The position numbers were made by a program, and so were the translations under genes. From Candidatus Dormibacteria bacterium (GTDB taxonomy: Bacteria > Chloroflexota > Dormibacteria > Aeolococcales > Bog-877), in assembly GCA_046703825.1 (NCBI GenBank), contig JBJKSO010000075.1, positions 19,760 to 83,759 of the forward strand: a stretch of 64,000 nucleotides of DNA, written 5' to 3'. Of this stretch, positions 47,556-57,455 are shown piece after piece (the stretch's first letter is position 1; every line of letters starts with the position of its first letter). The notes under the pieces were generated by a model. That model was not told the origin of the DNA and did no database searches. It saw nothing but the letters and a program-made list of their open reading frames with translations.

Positions 47556-47595
47556 CCAACCCGGACCCAGGGGAGGCGGCCAGCCCCCCTGCGGA

Positions 47596-49251
47596 TCAGG
47601 CCGGCGCCGGACGCGCCTGCGCCGGGTCCTCGGTGATGGCAGTGCCGGTCCAGTGGGTGCCGCTCCAGTAGCCAACGTAGTAGAAGGCGAGGGCCACGAT
47701 CGCGAAGACCAGCGAGTCGTAGGGGAAGGGGATGATGTTGCGACCGCCGAAGTCTGTGCCGCCCAGGAAGGACATCAGCAGGATCACGCCCAGGTAGGCC
47801 GGCATCCAGGCGCCGTAGACCAAATCCTGGCGGGTGAGCGGCCGTGTCCTCCTGTAGAAGCCCAGCAGCAAAACACCGACCACAACCGACGGGATGAGGA
47901 TGCGCACCGCCGTCCAGCCGGACCAGTAGACCATCAGGCTGGCGACCACAAATGCCAAGGGCCCCAGCACCGATAGCAGCGGCATCCGGTAGGGCCGGGG
48001 CTCGTCCGGGTGGCGGTGACGGAAGATGGCGCATGCCAACGGACCCGGCGCATAGGAGAGCACCAAGGCGCTGGCGACCAGTGGAAAGAGGCTGGAGAAG
48101 GCAGGGAGCAGGACCAGATAGATGGCCACCACCACCAGCACCAACACCAGGGACACGATGGGGATTCCCTGAAGCGTGAGGCGGGAAAACACCGGCGGCA
48201 GGTAGTTGTCGTAACGAGCCATGGTGTGGCCCACCCGGGCCGCCCCACCCGAATAGATGTAGCCGTCTTTGAAGGAGGCGATCAAGGTCGTGACCACGGC
48301 GATCACGCCAATCGCCGCCAGTCCCGCCCCGGCCGAGACGGTCACGAACGGGAACTGAAGTCCGGTGAGCGACGACCAGGCGCCGGTGCCCAGCTTCATC
48401 GCATGCCAGTTGATGGCGCCGACGTAGAAGAAACTTTCCAGCGCGAATAGCACCAGCACGATGAACATCGTGAGGATCACCGCCTTGGGGATGGTGCGGC
48501 CCGGGTCCTTGACTTCCTCGGCGTAGTCGATCGGTTGGCGGAAGCCGCCGTAACCGTAGACGGTGGCCGAAACCGCCAGCAGAAGGCCCGACGCACCCGC
48601 TGGGAAGAGGCCGTGGAAGCTGCTGAAGTTGCTGCCGTGGAAATGCGTCAACAGCCCGAACATGACTACAACCAGCCCCAGGATGGTGAGCACAGTCAGC
48701 GTGTTGTTGATCTCACCCATGTAACGAATTCGCAGGCTATTGACCACCAACATCGCGATCAAGGTCACGAAAGCCAGCAAGATGCCCAACCAGGTGAGGG
48801 TGCCGTTGGCGAAGAGCGCCGGGAACCAGTAGCTCAGGTACTCGACAAAGGCGACGATGATCGAAGGAACGGCCAGCGAGTAACCAATGAACGCCCCCCA
48901 GGCGTTGAGCACCCCGACCAGCGGGCCGCTCGCCCGCGCCGGATAGTAGGCGACACCACCAGCCCTGGGCCACATGGTGCCCAGCTCGATGTAGGAGAGT
49001 GCCAGTACCAAGATCATGGCGAAGGCGATCACCCACGAGAAGATTCCCGCCGGACCCGCCAGGCCCAGCACCGACACCGGCGTGAAGCCGACCGCTGGCC
49101 CGAGAATGGCGCCGGTGGCGAGGAACACCACCGACCACAGGCCGAGTTCCTTCTTGTACGAGCGGGTGGTCGCCACGTCGGTGGCGGCGATGCCTCCCAA
49201 GGCCTGATCAGACACTGCTGCTCCCCCCAACCAGCCGGCCATGACCTGCAC
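47596..49251 (-). CDS. APC-family amino-acid/polyamine permease
   Basis: 551 aa, about 12 TM, N-terminal KKELGLWSVVFLATGAILGP consensus. Confidence 0.8.
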   Translation of the reverse strand: MQVMAGWLGGAAVSDQALGGIAATDVATTRSYKKELGLWSVVFLATGAILGPAVGFTPVSVLGLAGPAGIFSWVIAFAMILVLALSYIELGTMWPRAGGVAYYPARASGPLVGVLNAWGAFIGYSLAVPSIIVAFVEYLSYWFPALFANGTLTWLGILLAFVTLIAMLVVNSLRIRYMGEINNTLTVLTILGLVVVMFGLLTHFHGSNFSSFHGLFPAGASGLLLAVSATVYGYGGFRQPIDYAEEVKDPGRTIPKAVILTMFIVLVLFALESFFYVGAINWHAMKLGTGAWSSLTGLQFPFVTVSAGAGLAAIGVIAVVTTLIASFKDGYIYSGGAARVGHTMARYDNYLPPVFSRLTLQGIPIVSLVLVLVVVAIYLVLLPAFSSLFPLVASALVLSYAPGPLACAIFRHRHPDEPRPYRMPLLSVLGPLAFVVASLMVYWSGWTAVRILIPSVVVGVLLLGFYRRTRPLTRQDLVYGAWMPAYLGVILLMSFLGGTDFGGRNIIPFPYDSLVFAIVALAFYYVGYWSGTHWTGTAITEDPAQARPAPA

Positions 49252-49421
49252 CCCTGGGCCAGCGGGCCCGGTCGGCCGACACTAGCAGCCGCCCCGACAT
49301 CTGTCAAGCGACATCGCCGGTCCACCTCCGGTTGGCACGGGCCAGTCGGGCGACCAGGCCAGCAATGTAAGGTGATCAGCACGCGCAGCCTTTCGGGAGC
49401 CGAAGCGCGCTCAGGGGCTAG

Positions 49422-50694
49422 GATGGTCGCTGATCCTGCTCCGGACAGGATCAGCTGCGATCCACCTCGCGTTCAGCAGGAGTCGCCGGTGTCGCCGCAA
49501 CCGGAACAGGGTGAAAAGGTACCTGCCGATCTCGGGATCGGTTCGCTGTGCGTGTGGGGCGGCGAGGGCTCGGATGGGGCCTCGACTCCGACGGAGGTGT
49601 CCGTGGTGCGCAGTGTCGCCTTCGGCTACGCGGAGTTGGAGGAGTGGCGCAGCGTAGCCGTCGGGGAGTCCAGCGGCCACATCTACAGTCGCAACACCAA
49701 CCCCACCGTGAGCGCCCTGGAGTCCAAGATCGCCGCGCTCGAGGGCGCTGAAGCGGCCACCTGCTTCGCCAGCGGCATGGCCGCAATCAGCGCCACTTTG
49801 CTGGCACTGGTGTCCCCCGGTCAACGGGTGGTTTCGATCCGGGACACCTACGGAGGAACCAGCAAGCTGTTCCTCGAGATACTTCCCCGGCTGGGGATGC
49901 ATGTCACTCTGTGCGCCTCCGAAGACCACGAAGCAATCGAGCGAGAGGTGGCTGCAGGTTGTCGGATGCTCTACGTGGAGAGCCCGACCAATCCGATGCT
50001 GAAAGTGCTGGACCTAGCCCGGCTGGCACGTGCCGGCCACCACAGCGGGGCCCTCGTCGTCGTCGACAACACTTTCGCGACCCCGATCAACCAGCGTCCG
50101 CTGGCGCTCGGTGCCGATCTCGTGGTTCACAGCGCCACCAAGTTCTTGGGAGGGCATGGCGACGCTCTCGGCGGCGCCGTCGCCGGCCGGCGCCACCTGG
50201 TACAGCAGATCTTCCACTTTCGGGAGATCACCGGTGCAGCCTTGGACCCCACCGGCGCCTACCTGATCCTGCGGGGTCTGAAGACTCTCCACCTGCGCAT
50301 TGCCCAGCAGAATCGGAGCGCACACGCGATCGCAGATTGGCTCGCCGGCGACACCCGCGTTCAGCGGGTCTTCTATCCGGGACTGCCAGCTCACACGAAT
50401 CACGAGGTCGCCTCTGCGCAGATGAGAGGGTTCGGGAGCGTGTTGAGCTTCGAACTGACCGCCGGTGAGACGGCGGTGGCCCAAGTGCTGCGGAAATTGC
50501 GTCTGGCGCACCGTGCCGCCAACCTGGGCGCCGTCTCCACCACCGCCGGTCCGCCCGCGACCACAAGCCACGTGGAGTGCTCGCCCGAGGAACGGGCGGC
50601 GCTCGGAATCCCCGAGGGACTGATTCGCTACTCGGTAGGGATCGAAGACACCGAGGATCTGATCCAAGACCTGGACCAAGCGCTCTCCGGCTGA
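49422..50694 (+). CDS. cystathionine gamma-synthase/lyase family PLP enzyme
   Basis: ATG 49422; YSRNTNPT, DNTFATP, HSATKFLGGHGD (PLP-Lys) motifs; 424 aa. The 5' two thirds of the 719-aa ORF is antisense shadow of the permease. Confidence 0.85.
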
Positions 50695-50752
50695 CTCGAG
50701 CGCGGGCCGCGTGCGCCCCCGGCGCCGCCGACCACGAGCGTGCGGCCCTCGG

Positions 50753-52018
50753 CTAGGGCTGGTGTGCGCTCTGCTCCGCCGAGCGAAGCTTCTTGACCAT
50801 CGACTGCAGCAACCTCCAGCCGATGTCGCCGTTGCTCTGAACCAGAGGGCGGAAATCCCACAAGGTGAGGCCCCGACAGACCAGATCGGTGGCCGCCACC
50901 ACCGTGGCCGACCGCGGACCCTCATCCACCAGTGCGATCTCGCCGAAGTAGTCGCCGGGCCGCAGCGTGGCGCGGGCTTGGCCGCTGACCGAGACGGTTG
51001 CCTCTCCCGAGTCGATGATGAACAGCGCCGCTCCGCCCGTGCCCTCGCGGACCACGGTCTCGCCCTTGGCGAAGTGGCGCTCCTTGAAAAGGCGCGCCAC
51101 CTCCCGGCGCTGCACATCGTCTAGTTCGCTGAAGAGCGGGACCGGCTCCAGCGCCTGAACGGAATCTTCGGCTCGCGGCTTGGCGCGGGAAGTCCCCGAA
51201 CCACCCGCCACCGCGGTCACGGCCCGACACTGCAGCAAATAAAGGGTTCCGCCCGCGAAGGCCCACTCGATATCTCGGCCCGGGCCGTAGATTTCCTCGC
51301 AGAGTCCGCCAAGTCGAGCGAGCTGGCTGAGTTGGTCGTCGCCCAGGCACAGGAGCGCGGCGAGGTGCGCCGGCACCGCCTCCTCGGCCGTTCCGCCGGA
51401 GGGCAAGGTCCGGACCGCCACCTGCTTGCGCCCGGCGGTGCGCTCGAGCACCCGACCTTCGCGGTCAAGGCGAAAGTGGTCTGGTATGACCAGACCGGCG
51501 ACCACCGACTCCCCCAGACCCCAGCTGGCCTCGATCAACCGCTCGTCGGCGCCGGTCACCGGGTTCTGGGTGAACATCACACCAGCCGACTCCGGATTGA
51601 GCAGCGACTGCACCACTACGGCAACCACCGGCCGCGTGAAGAGGCCGACCCGCTGGCGGTAGGAGATCGCCGAGTCCGAGTTGGCCGACCACCAGATCTC
51701 CCGTAGCGCCGGCACCAGGTCGTCCATGGTCGCGATGTTGAGCAGCGTGAGGTGCTGGCCCGCGAAGCTGGCCTCGGCGCCGTCCTCGTCGATGGCCGAG
51801 GAGCGCACCGCCAGAGGCCGCTGGAGAGGGGCAACTTCTGCGATCACTTCCTCGATCGCACGCGCGTCGCCCTGCGCGACCGCCTCCACCGTGCTGCCGG
51901 CGAGGGCAACCCCGGGTGGCACCGGCAGGCCCGCCCGCAGAGCCTCCCCGAGCCCGACTGCCTTCGCCCCGAAGAGGGACGTATCGCTCGCCGAGTCGAG
52001 CGGGAGGACGCCTTTCAA
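50753..52018 (-). CDS. PPDK_N-type ATP-grasp (PEP-synthase/rifampin-phosphotransferase N-terminal nucleotide-binding) domain fused to C-terminal cyclic-nucleotide-binding domain
   Basis: N-terminal about 300 aa: LPLDSASDTSLFGAKAVGLGEALRAGLPVPPGVAL..RSSAIDEDGAEASFAGQ... C-terminal about 115 aa: CAP/cNMP pattern FAKGETVVREGTGGAALFIIDSGEATV...PGDYFGEIALVDEGPRSATVVA. TTG start overlaps upstream stop (TTGA at 52015-52018); GAGGTGA SD. Confidence 0.75.
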   Translation of the reverse strand: MKGVLPLDSASDTSLFGAKAVGLGEALRAGLPVPPGVALAGSTVEAVAQGDARAIEEVIAEVAPLQRPLAVRSSAIDEDGAEASFAGQHLTLLNIATMDDLVPALREIWWSANSDSAISYRQRVGLFTRPVVAVVVQSLLNPESAGVMFTQNPVTGADERLIEASWGLGESVVAGLVIPDHFRLDREGRVLERTAGRKQVAVRTLPSGGTAEEAVPAHLAALLCLGDDQLSQLARLGGLCEEIYGPGRDIEWAFAGGTLYLLQCRAVTAVAGGSGTSRAKPRAEDSVQALEPVPLFSELDDVQRREVARLFKERHFAKGETVVREGTGGAALFIIDSGEATVSVSGQARATLRPGDYFGEIALVDEGPRSATVVAATDLVCRGLTLWDFRPLVQSNGDIGWRLLQSMVKKLRSAEQSAHQP

Positions 52019-53664
52019 CTGAGCAGGGTCACCTCGCCGGCGGTTCCGTCGACCCGCAGCCGCATGCCGTCCGAGATGCGCTCGGTGGCGTCGCGCGTGC
52101 CCACCACCCCGGGGATCCCGTACTCCCGGGCAACGATGGCGGAGTGTGAAAGCAGACCGCCGTTGTCGGTCACGATCGCGCCGAGCAAGGGCAGCAAGAT
52201 ATTGAATGCTTCGGAAGTGGACTCGGTGACCAGCACGTCGCCCTTGACGATCCGCTCGAACTCTGAAGGGCCGGAGACCCTCCGCGCGGGACCCTCATAG
52301 ATGCCCTGGCTCGCGGCCAGCCCCCGCAGACGGTCCTCCTCATGTTCGGTTTCAGAGCTGCCGAAGATCGACCCCATGGCAAAGCCGGTCGCCTGCATCA
52401 GGCGGCCCACCTGCGGTGGCAGGCCGGCGGCATCTGGGGGCGGCGGCGGCGGCGGCCCGAGGAACGGGGGAGCATCCTTGGCGCTGTGGGTGGCGCGGTA
52501 TTGCGCCCGCCGGGCCAGGTCATCCGCCGTCGGCGATTCTGAGCCGGCCACCAGCGCGCACATCTCGTCAGCTCCGGCGTCGACGATGTGGACTGCTTCG
52601 TGGATACGGCCTCGCTCCGCCAGGCGCCGGCCAGCTGCCAGCGCCGCCCTGCGCATGAGCCCCGAAGCCCATATGTCGCTGTAAATTCCTCGTTCGTCGC
52701 GCAGCCGGTAGGTGAGACGTGCCTCGCCCAGTAGCTCGTCGAACTCGGCGCGCCGTTCAGGCGGCACCGCCCCTCGTACATCGGCGACCTGCTGCTCAAG
52801 GTCTCGGCCACCGTCGCCGTCCTCGGCCCCGACCGCGCCGCGGACCGCCCGCAACAGCGCGTCAGGCAGCTCCAGCGCCGTTGCCTCGGAGATGTCGAAC
52901 CCGTCCAGGGGACGGAAGCCAACGAAATCCAGGTAGGCCGCCACCGCCGCGCCCGCCTCGCCAGGAAGGGCACGCAGGGCGGCGAGCACATCGGCCGCGT
53001 CGGCGTCCGATGCAAGCAGCGTGAGCGCTTGGGGATCGCGGCGCAGCGACGATACCAGTCGTTCGAGCTCGTCGGACCCGCCCGCCGATACCCGGGCCGA
53101 CCCCCTCATCAGACCGAGCAGCTCGGAGTGCGGGCGCCCCGTCCAGGCCGCTGCGTGAAGCAAGAAGTCTCCTACGGGTACGATGGCCGAACCGGTGAAG
53201 CGCATGTGCTGCGTGATCATGGCCGCATGGTGGTCTCGACAGCGCAGCAGGTAGCTGATCAGGCCGTCGTCGGAGAGCGCGTCGGGGTCTACGGCCTGGA
53301 TCGACCGGTGCTCTGCGATCGCGGCCGGCTTGCGCGTCTCCTCCCACTCGCGGAGCTGCTCGCGCCAGAGCTTGCCGCTCATGACAGCTTCCGCCCGCGC
53401 GAACCGCGCAGGAACGTCTTCGGCTGCAACCGGCCGCATCTGGTTGTAGGCGAAGCCGTTGACGTAGGTGGTCGCCAGTCCCTCTACGAGCATGCCGAAG
53501 AAACTGGCGAAGTCGCTGGTACCTGCCCAAAAGGCGGGCGGCTGCGTCTCCGCCCAGTAGCGCGTCACCGGCCGCGGGAAATGGACTGGATCCAGCGTCC
53601 AGCTTCCATCGCCCGGCGGATCGAACGTGAGATCGTCGGCCACGTCTGCGTCAGCCATTTGCAC
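52015..53664 (-). CDS. PEP-utilizing-enzyme phosphohistidine (swivel) domain protein with about 430-aa N-terminal substrate-binding-like region
   Basis: C-terminal 100 aa: GDVLVTESTSEAFNILLPLLGAIVTDNGGLLSHSAIVAREYGIPGVVGT (PEP-utilizers mobile His domain). N-terminal region has no recognised motif and contains a PPPPPPP tract. Confidence 0.7.
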   Translation of the reverse strand: MQMADADVADDLTFDPPGDGSWTLDPVHFPRPVTRYWAETQPPAFWAGTSDFASFFGMLVEGLATTYVNGFAYNQMRPVAAEDVPARFARAEAVMSGKLWREQLREWEETRKPAAIAEHRSIQAVDPDALSDDGLISYLLRCRDHHAAMITQHMRFTGSAIVPVGDFLLHAAAWTGRPHSELLGLMRGSARVSAGGSDELERLVSSLRRDPQALTLLASDADAADVLAALRALPGEAGAAVAAYLDFVGFRPLDGFDISEATALELPDALLRAVRGAVGAEDGDGGRDLEQQVADVRGAVPPERRAEFDELLGEARLTYRLRDERGIYSDIWASGLMRRAALAAGRRLAERGRIHEAVHIVDAGADEMCALVAGSESPTADDLARRAQYRATHSAKDAPPFLGPPPPPPPDAAGLPPQVGRLMQATGFAMGSIFGSSETEHEEDRLRGLAASQGIYEGPARRVSGPSEFERIVKGDVLVTESTSEAFNILLPLLGAIVTDNGGLLSHSAIVAREYGIPGVVGTRDATERISDGMRLRVDGTAGEVTLLS

Positions 53665-54028
53665 CCTCCGCCCACCCGGCCAGTCCCGCGGCGGTGCACC
53701 GCGTCAGGCTCACAGGATTATCGACCTCACCGCGGTCCAGCGGCAAGGAGGGGCTGGCGACTTCCGGGCCGGATCTGACCAGCCGGGACGCTGGCTCGTG
53801 GGAACGCGGCCGAGCCTGGGGACCGGGTAAGCACGGCGGCCGCGGGTTCCAGCGGCGCGCCGGAACCGGGCGCAGTCGCCGCCCAGCCAGACCCAGCGGG
53901 GGCCAAGGCGAGAGGCGTCCCGCTATCACGGTGATCCGGGCCCATCGAGCGCGACCAAGGCACTGAGCTGGACGATTAGCTGGCGACTACCTCGACCGTC
54001 GGGCGGGTCGCGCCGGAGGTGCCAGCTA

Positions 54029-55006
54029 GTGGACAAGATCAAGTCGAGCCTATCCGTGCTCCTCGCCAGGGCGGACGCCGCCCAGGAGGCAAACACCTGG
54101 CTCGCGTTCCCCTGGGCCGTTTTGAAGAAGTTCAACCAGGACTCGGCGTCGAGTTTGGCCGGCCTCGTCGCCTATCACGGCCTGCTCTCGGTCTTCCCCT
54201 TGCTGCTGGTGTTCGCGGCGGCGCTGAATTTGGTCCTGCACGGCCAGTCCGGGATCGAGTCTCAGATTCTGTCGGCCGCCCGTCAGGACTTCCCGGGCTT
54301 CGCCCCCTACCTGACGGTCGGATCCGTCTCCACCAACGGTGCCACCGTGGGTGTGGGGCTGGTGGTGGCGCTGTGGGCCGGGCTCGGTGTCACCCGAGCG
54401 GCGGAACGTGCCTTCAACGGGGTCTGGAACGTGCCCATGGCCCGCAGGCCGAACTTCTGGGTCGCGCGCCTCCGCGGTCTCGGCATGCTAGCCCTTCTCG
54501 GCACGACCGTGGTTGTGTCCACTGGTCTCGCGGCTCTGGGCCAAGTCGGCGGCCCCCTGGGATTCGCCTTCGCGGCAGTTGCCGTGATCGGTCCACTGGG
54601 TGTGAACGTCGCGCTCTACCTGCTGTCCTTTCAGCTGCTGACGAACATCCACGTCGCTTGGTCCCGCCTGGTGCCTGGAGCCCTGCTGGGTGCGGCGGGC
54701 TGGACGCTGCTCCAGAACCTGGGCTCCCTGTACATCCGGCACGAGGTCACGTCCGCTCAGCCGATCTATGGTTCCTTCGCCATCGTGATCGCCCTGCTGG
54801 CATGGATCTACCTCGGGGCTGAACTTACCTTGGTGGCAGCGGAGCTGAACGTTGTCCATGCCAAGCACCTCTGGCCACGCAGCCTGATCGGTCCGCCCCG
54901 AACCGAGGCAGACCGGCGGGCCCAGGCGCTCCTGGTGGCTGAGGCGCGCCGGACCGCCGTGGAGCGCGCCGCCGGAGGGGGTCAATCAGGCAGCGCCCTG
55001 AGGTAG
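54029..55006 (+). CDS. YihY/BrkB (virulence factor BrkB) family membrane protein
   Basis: 325 aa, GTG start, six TM helices, YihY-family pattern (LAGLVAYHGLLSVFPLLLV...IYGSFAIVIALLAWIYL). Confidence 0.8.
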   Translation: MDKIKSSLSVLLARADAAQEANTWLAFPWAVLKKFNQDSASSLAGLVAYHGLLSVFPLLLVFAAALNLVLHGQSGIESQILSAARQDFPGFAPYLTVGSVSTNGATVGVGLVVALWAGLGVTRAAERAFNGVWNVPMARRPNFWVARLRGLGMLALLGTTVVVSTGLAALGQVGGPLGFAFAAVAVIGPLGVNVALYLLSFQLLTNIHVAWSRLVPGALLGAAGWTLLQNLGSLYIRHEVTSAQPIYGSFAIVIALLAWIYLGAELTLVAAELNVVHAKHLWPRSLIGPPRTEADRRAQALLVAEARRTAVERAAGGGQSGSALR

Positions 55007-55138
55007 AGCGGACATACCGGTCAATGACAAGCGAGGCACGCCCACGGCGCCCCCGATCGAGCTGGATCAGCGGCCAGCCGGGCGGCAGACTGCGACGCGT
55101 CCTCGGCGCTCAGGGTGCCACGACTGAGGGGCTAGGGT

Positions 55139-56947
55139 CTAGCCGCCGAAGACGCCCAGAGCGTGCAACAGCCCGAAGCTGGCCGCCACCCCCATCAGGA
55201 TCAGGCCTATGCCCGCCTCCTGCTTCCACTCGGCCATGCGTTCGGACACACGCCGCAGCAGAGGCAGTACGGTCCAGGGCCAGGAGTAGCCGACTCCGGC
55301 ACCGATGACGGCCGGAACCAGGGCGAATGACGAGCTGGCCACGGCGAAGGAATACAGGAGCGCCTCGCTCGTCTCCAACACCACGCCGACATAGGCCGGC
55401 CATGCGTCGCCGAGCAGGCGGCGCAGGCGCTCCAGCGGACCTCTTGCCGGCATTGGCCCGGTATTGCCCGCTTTCAGTGTCGAGCGCCTCACCACCGCCA
55501 AGGCCTCCTGGGTGTCCCGGTCGACCGTCCCTGTGAGCTTCAGACCGTGCTCAGCCTGGAAGCGGCCTACCACCTCAGGATCGGTGAGGTCGATGTCGAT
55601 CCTCGGGCCCACCCCATTCGCGGTCGCCACCGGGCCATAGCGCCGGGAGCGCTCCTTGCGGTCGTGGGCCATACGTTCGGTCCGAACCGCTCGCCAGGCA
55701 GCCTGGGTGGCAGGACCGATGACCCCATCCTGAGGCAGGCCCGTGCGCTCCTGGAACTCCCGGATCGAGCGGGTGTCGGTGGGGTCCAGCCCGACGAACC
55801 AATCCCTTTCGTAACGCATCGCGGCCTGGGTGCCTTGGTCCACGGTCCCCGTCACCGGCAGCCCGTAGCGACGTTGGAACCCGCAGATCGCTTCCCTGTT
55901 GGCAGGATCGGGCAGGCCCTGCTTGGCGTCGCTCGGACGCGACCGCCAACCGTCTAAGAGCATCCGCCGGGTGGACGCGTCCAGCACCGCCGTGGGATTG
56001 AGACCGTGGCGCCGCTGGTAAACCCGCAGGCCCTCGACGTCTGTGGGGTCGAAGCTAAGCCTGGCCCGAAGTGCCAACACGGCGCCCCGGGTGCGCTCGT
56101 CGACGACTCCGCTCGTGGGCAGCTCAAGGCTTCGCTGCAGCTGGCGAACCGACTCAGGATCGGTCGGATCGAACTTGCCGTGGGCCGTGGCGGCGTCGGG
56201 CGGCGGTGTACCTCGCTGTTGCAGGGAGCCGCCGGTCCCCCCGGCCTCAGCCCGCCTGGCGGCAAGCGCCACGGCGGTGGTGTTGTCGATATCGCCCGTG
56301 GGAGGCAGGTGCTGGTCCCTTTGGAATCGGCGCACCGCCTCGGGGTCAAGTGGATCGAGTAGCCCGGGCTGCTGGGCGACACGGAGCGCGCCCTGGGTAG
56401 CCGCACCCACCACCCCTGTCGCAGCCAGCCCATGCCGGACCTGGAAGCCCTCAACAGCTGTTCGATCCGCAACGTCGACACCCACAAGGTAGGTATCCAC
56501 GCCCTCGTAGCCAGCCTCGCGCCGAGCTGCCAGCAGGGCGGCCCGGGTGCGGTCGTCGATGATCCCGCTGGGTTCTAGACCGTGCCTCTGCTGAAAGGAC
56601 TTGATGGACTGGGCGCTGGAGGGTGCCAGCCCGATCGGCTCGGCCGGCCCGCTCAGGGCGCCTTCGGTCTTGGGACGCTCCTTGAGCCCTTCGCGAAGTT
56701 CTCGCACACCCAAGGCGAACACGAGAAAGGCGATGGCATAGTCGAGATAGCTCGTGTTGATGAAGTAGAAGGCCAGCCAGAGTAGGCCAGCCAGCGGAAG
56801 CATGGTCACGGCGCCCGCTGCAACCGCGATCATGGCCCGCCGCCAACTGGACCGGGCGGCCGCCGCGGCCACGAAGAGCGAGGCTTCGGTGCCCTCGACG
56901 CTGTTCATGACGAACGGCAGCCCGAAGGCAAGTCCGCTGAATGCCAT
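55139..56947 (-). CDS. membrane protein with eight tandem peptidoglycan-binding (PG_binding_1) repeats
   Basis: ATG 56947 (MAFSGLAFGL); N- and C-terminal hydrophobic blocks; eight repeats of about 45 aa with the pattern FQ(R/Q)xxGLxxTG(v)(v)DxxTxxAL (IKSFQQRHGLEPSGIIDDRTRAAL, VEGFQVRHGLAATGVVGAATQGAL, and six more). Confidence 0.65.
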   Translation of the reverse strand: MAFSGLAFGLPFVMNSVEGTEASLFVAAAAARSSWRRAMIAVAAGAVTMLPLAGLLWLAFYFINTSYLDYAIAFLVFALGVRELREGLKERPKTEGALSGPAEPIGLAPSSAQSIKSFQQRHGLEPSGIIDDRTRAALLAARREAGYEGVDTYLVGVDVADRTAVEGFQVRHGLAATGVVGAATQGALRVAQQPGLLDPLDPEAVRRFQRDQHLPPTGDIDNTTAVALAARRAEAGGTGGSLQQRGTPPPDAATAHGKFDPTDPESVRQLQRSLELPTSGVVDERTRGAVLALRARLSFDPTDVEGLRVYQRRHGLNPTAVLDASTRRMLLDGWRSRPSDAKQGLPDPANREAICGFQRRYGLPVTGTVDQGTQAAMRYERDWFVGLDPTDTRSIREFQERTGLPQDGVIGPATQAAWRAVRTERMAHDRKERSRRYGPVATANGVGPRIDIDLTDPEVVGRFQAEHGLKLTGTVDRDTQEALAVVRRSTLKAGNTGPMPARGPLERLRRLLGDAWPAYVGVVLETSEALLYSFAVASSSFALVPAVIGAGVGYSWPWTVLPLLRRVSERMAEWKQEAGIGLILMGVAASFGLLHALGVFGG

Positions 56948-56957
56948 ATTCGGTGGC

Positions 56958-57455
56958 TCAGCCCGGGTTCCGGAGGTACTCCTGGGGATCCTTGTCCCTG
57001 ACCTCGACGCCGCGCAGCCCAGCGTGCTCATCACGGTAGCTGATCCAGCGCGTCCCGAGCTGCTCGCGCGTGGCGTCGTCCGCGTGCTGCCTCAGATCGG
57101 CGATCGCACCCCTCTCCTCTTCGGCCATGTGGTCACTGTTCTCGGCGCGGGCAGTGTCCACCGCACTCCACCAGGCTTCGGTACCGGGGGTGGCGCGGTT
57201 GGCCGCGAAGACGGCGTCGCGGATCTTGTTGTGGTCGTCAATCGACTCGCCGGTCTCGTCGCGCCCCCGGGTCCCGGTCTCCACCAGACAGGGGTAGAAG
57301 ACGGCCTCCTCCGCGGCAGCGTGCAGTTCCAGCAGTTCGGCGAGCGGCTGCCAAAGTTCGCCTACCCCGTCGTCACCCCGCTTCAGGTCAAGTTCAGCAA
57401 AGCGCCGGCGGAAGGTCGCGTGGTCATCGAGGACGAGATCGCATATGTCGGGCAT
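56958..57455 (-). CDS. hemerythrin-like (HHE cation-binding) domain protein
   Basis: 165 aa; DDHATFRRRFAEL...ELHAAAEEAVFYP...H..E..D..H pattern. Confidence 0.7.
   Translation of the reverse strand: MPDICDLVLDDHATFRRRFAELDLKRGDDGVGELWQPLAELLELHAAAEEAVFYPCLVETGTRGRDETGESIDDHNKIRDAVFAANRATPGTEAWWSAVDTARAENSDHMAEEERGAIADLRQHADDATREQLGTRWISYRDEHAGLRGVEVRDKDPQEYLRNPG

Noticed and set aside
52440-52462. GGC tandem repeat considered as a possible CRISPR or other repeat element.
   Set aside because: It is a single short in-frame microsatellite encoding poly-Pro inside a gene. No spacer-repeat periodicity is seen anywhere in the window.
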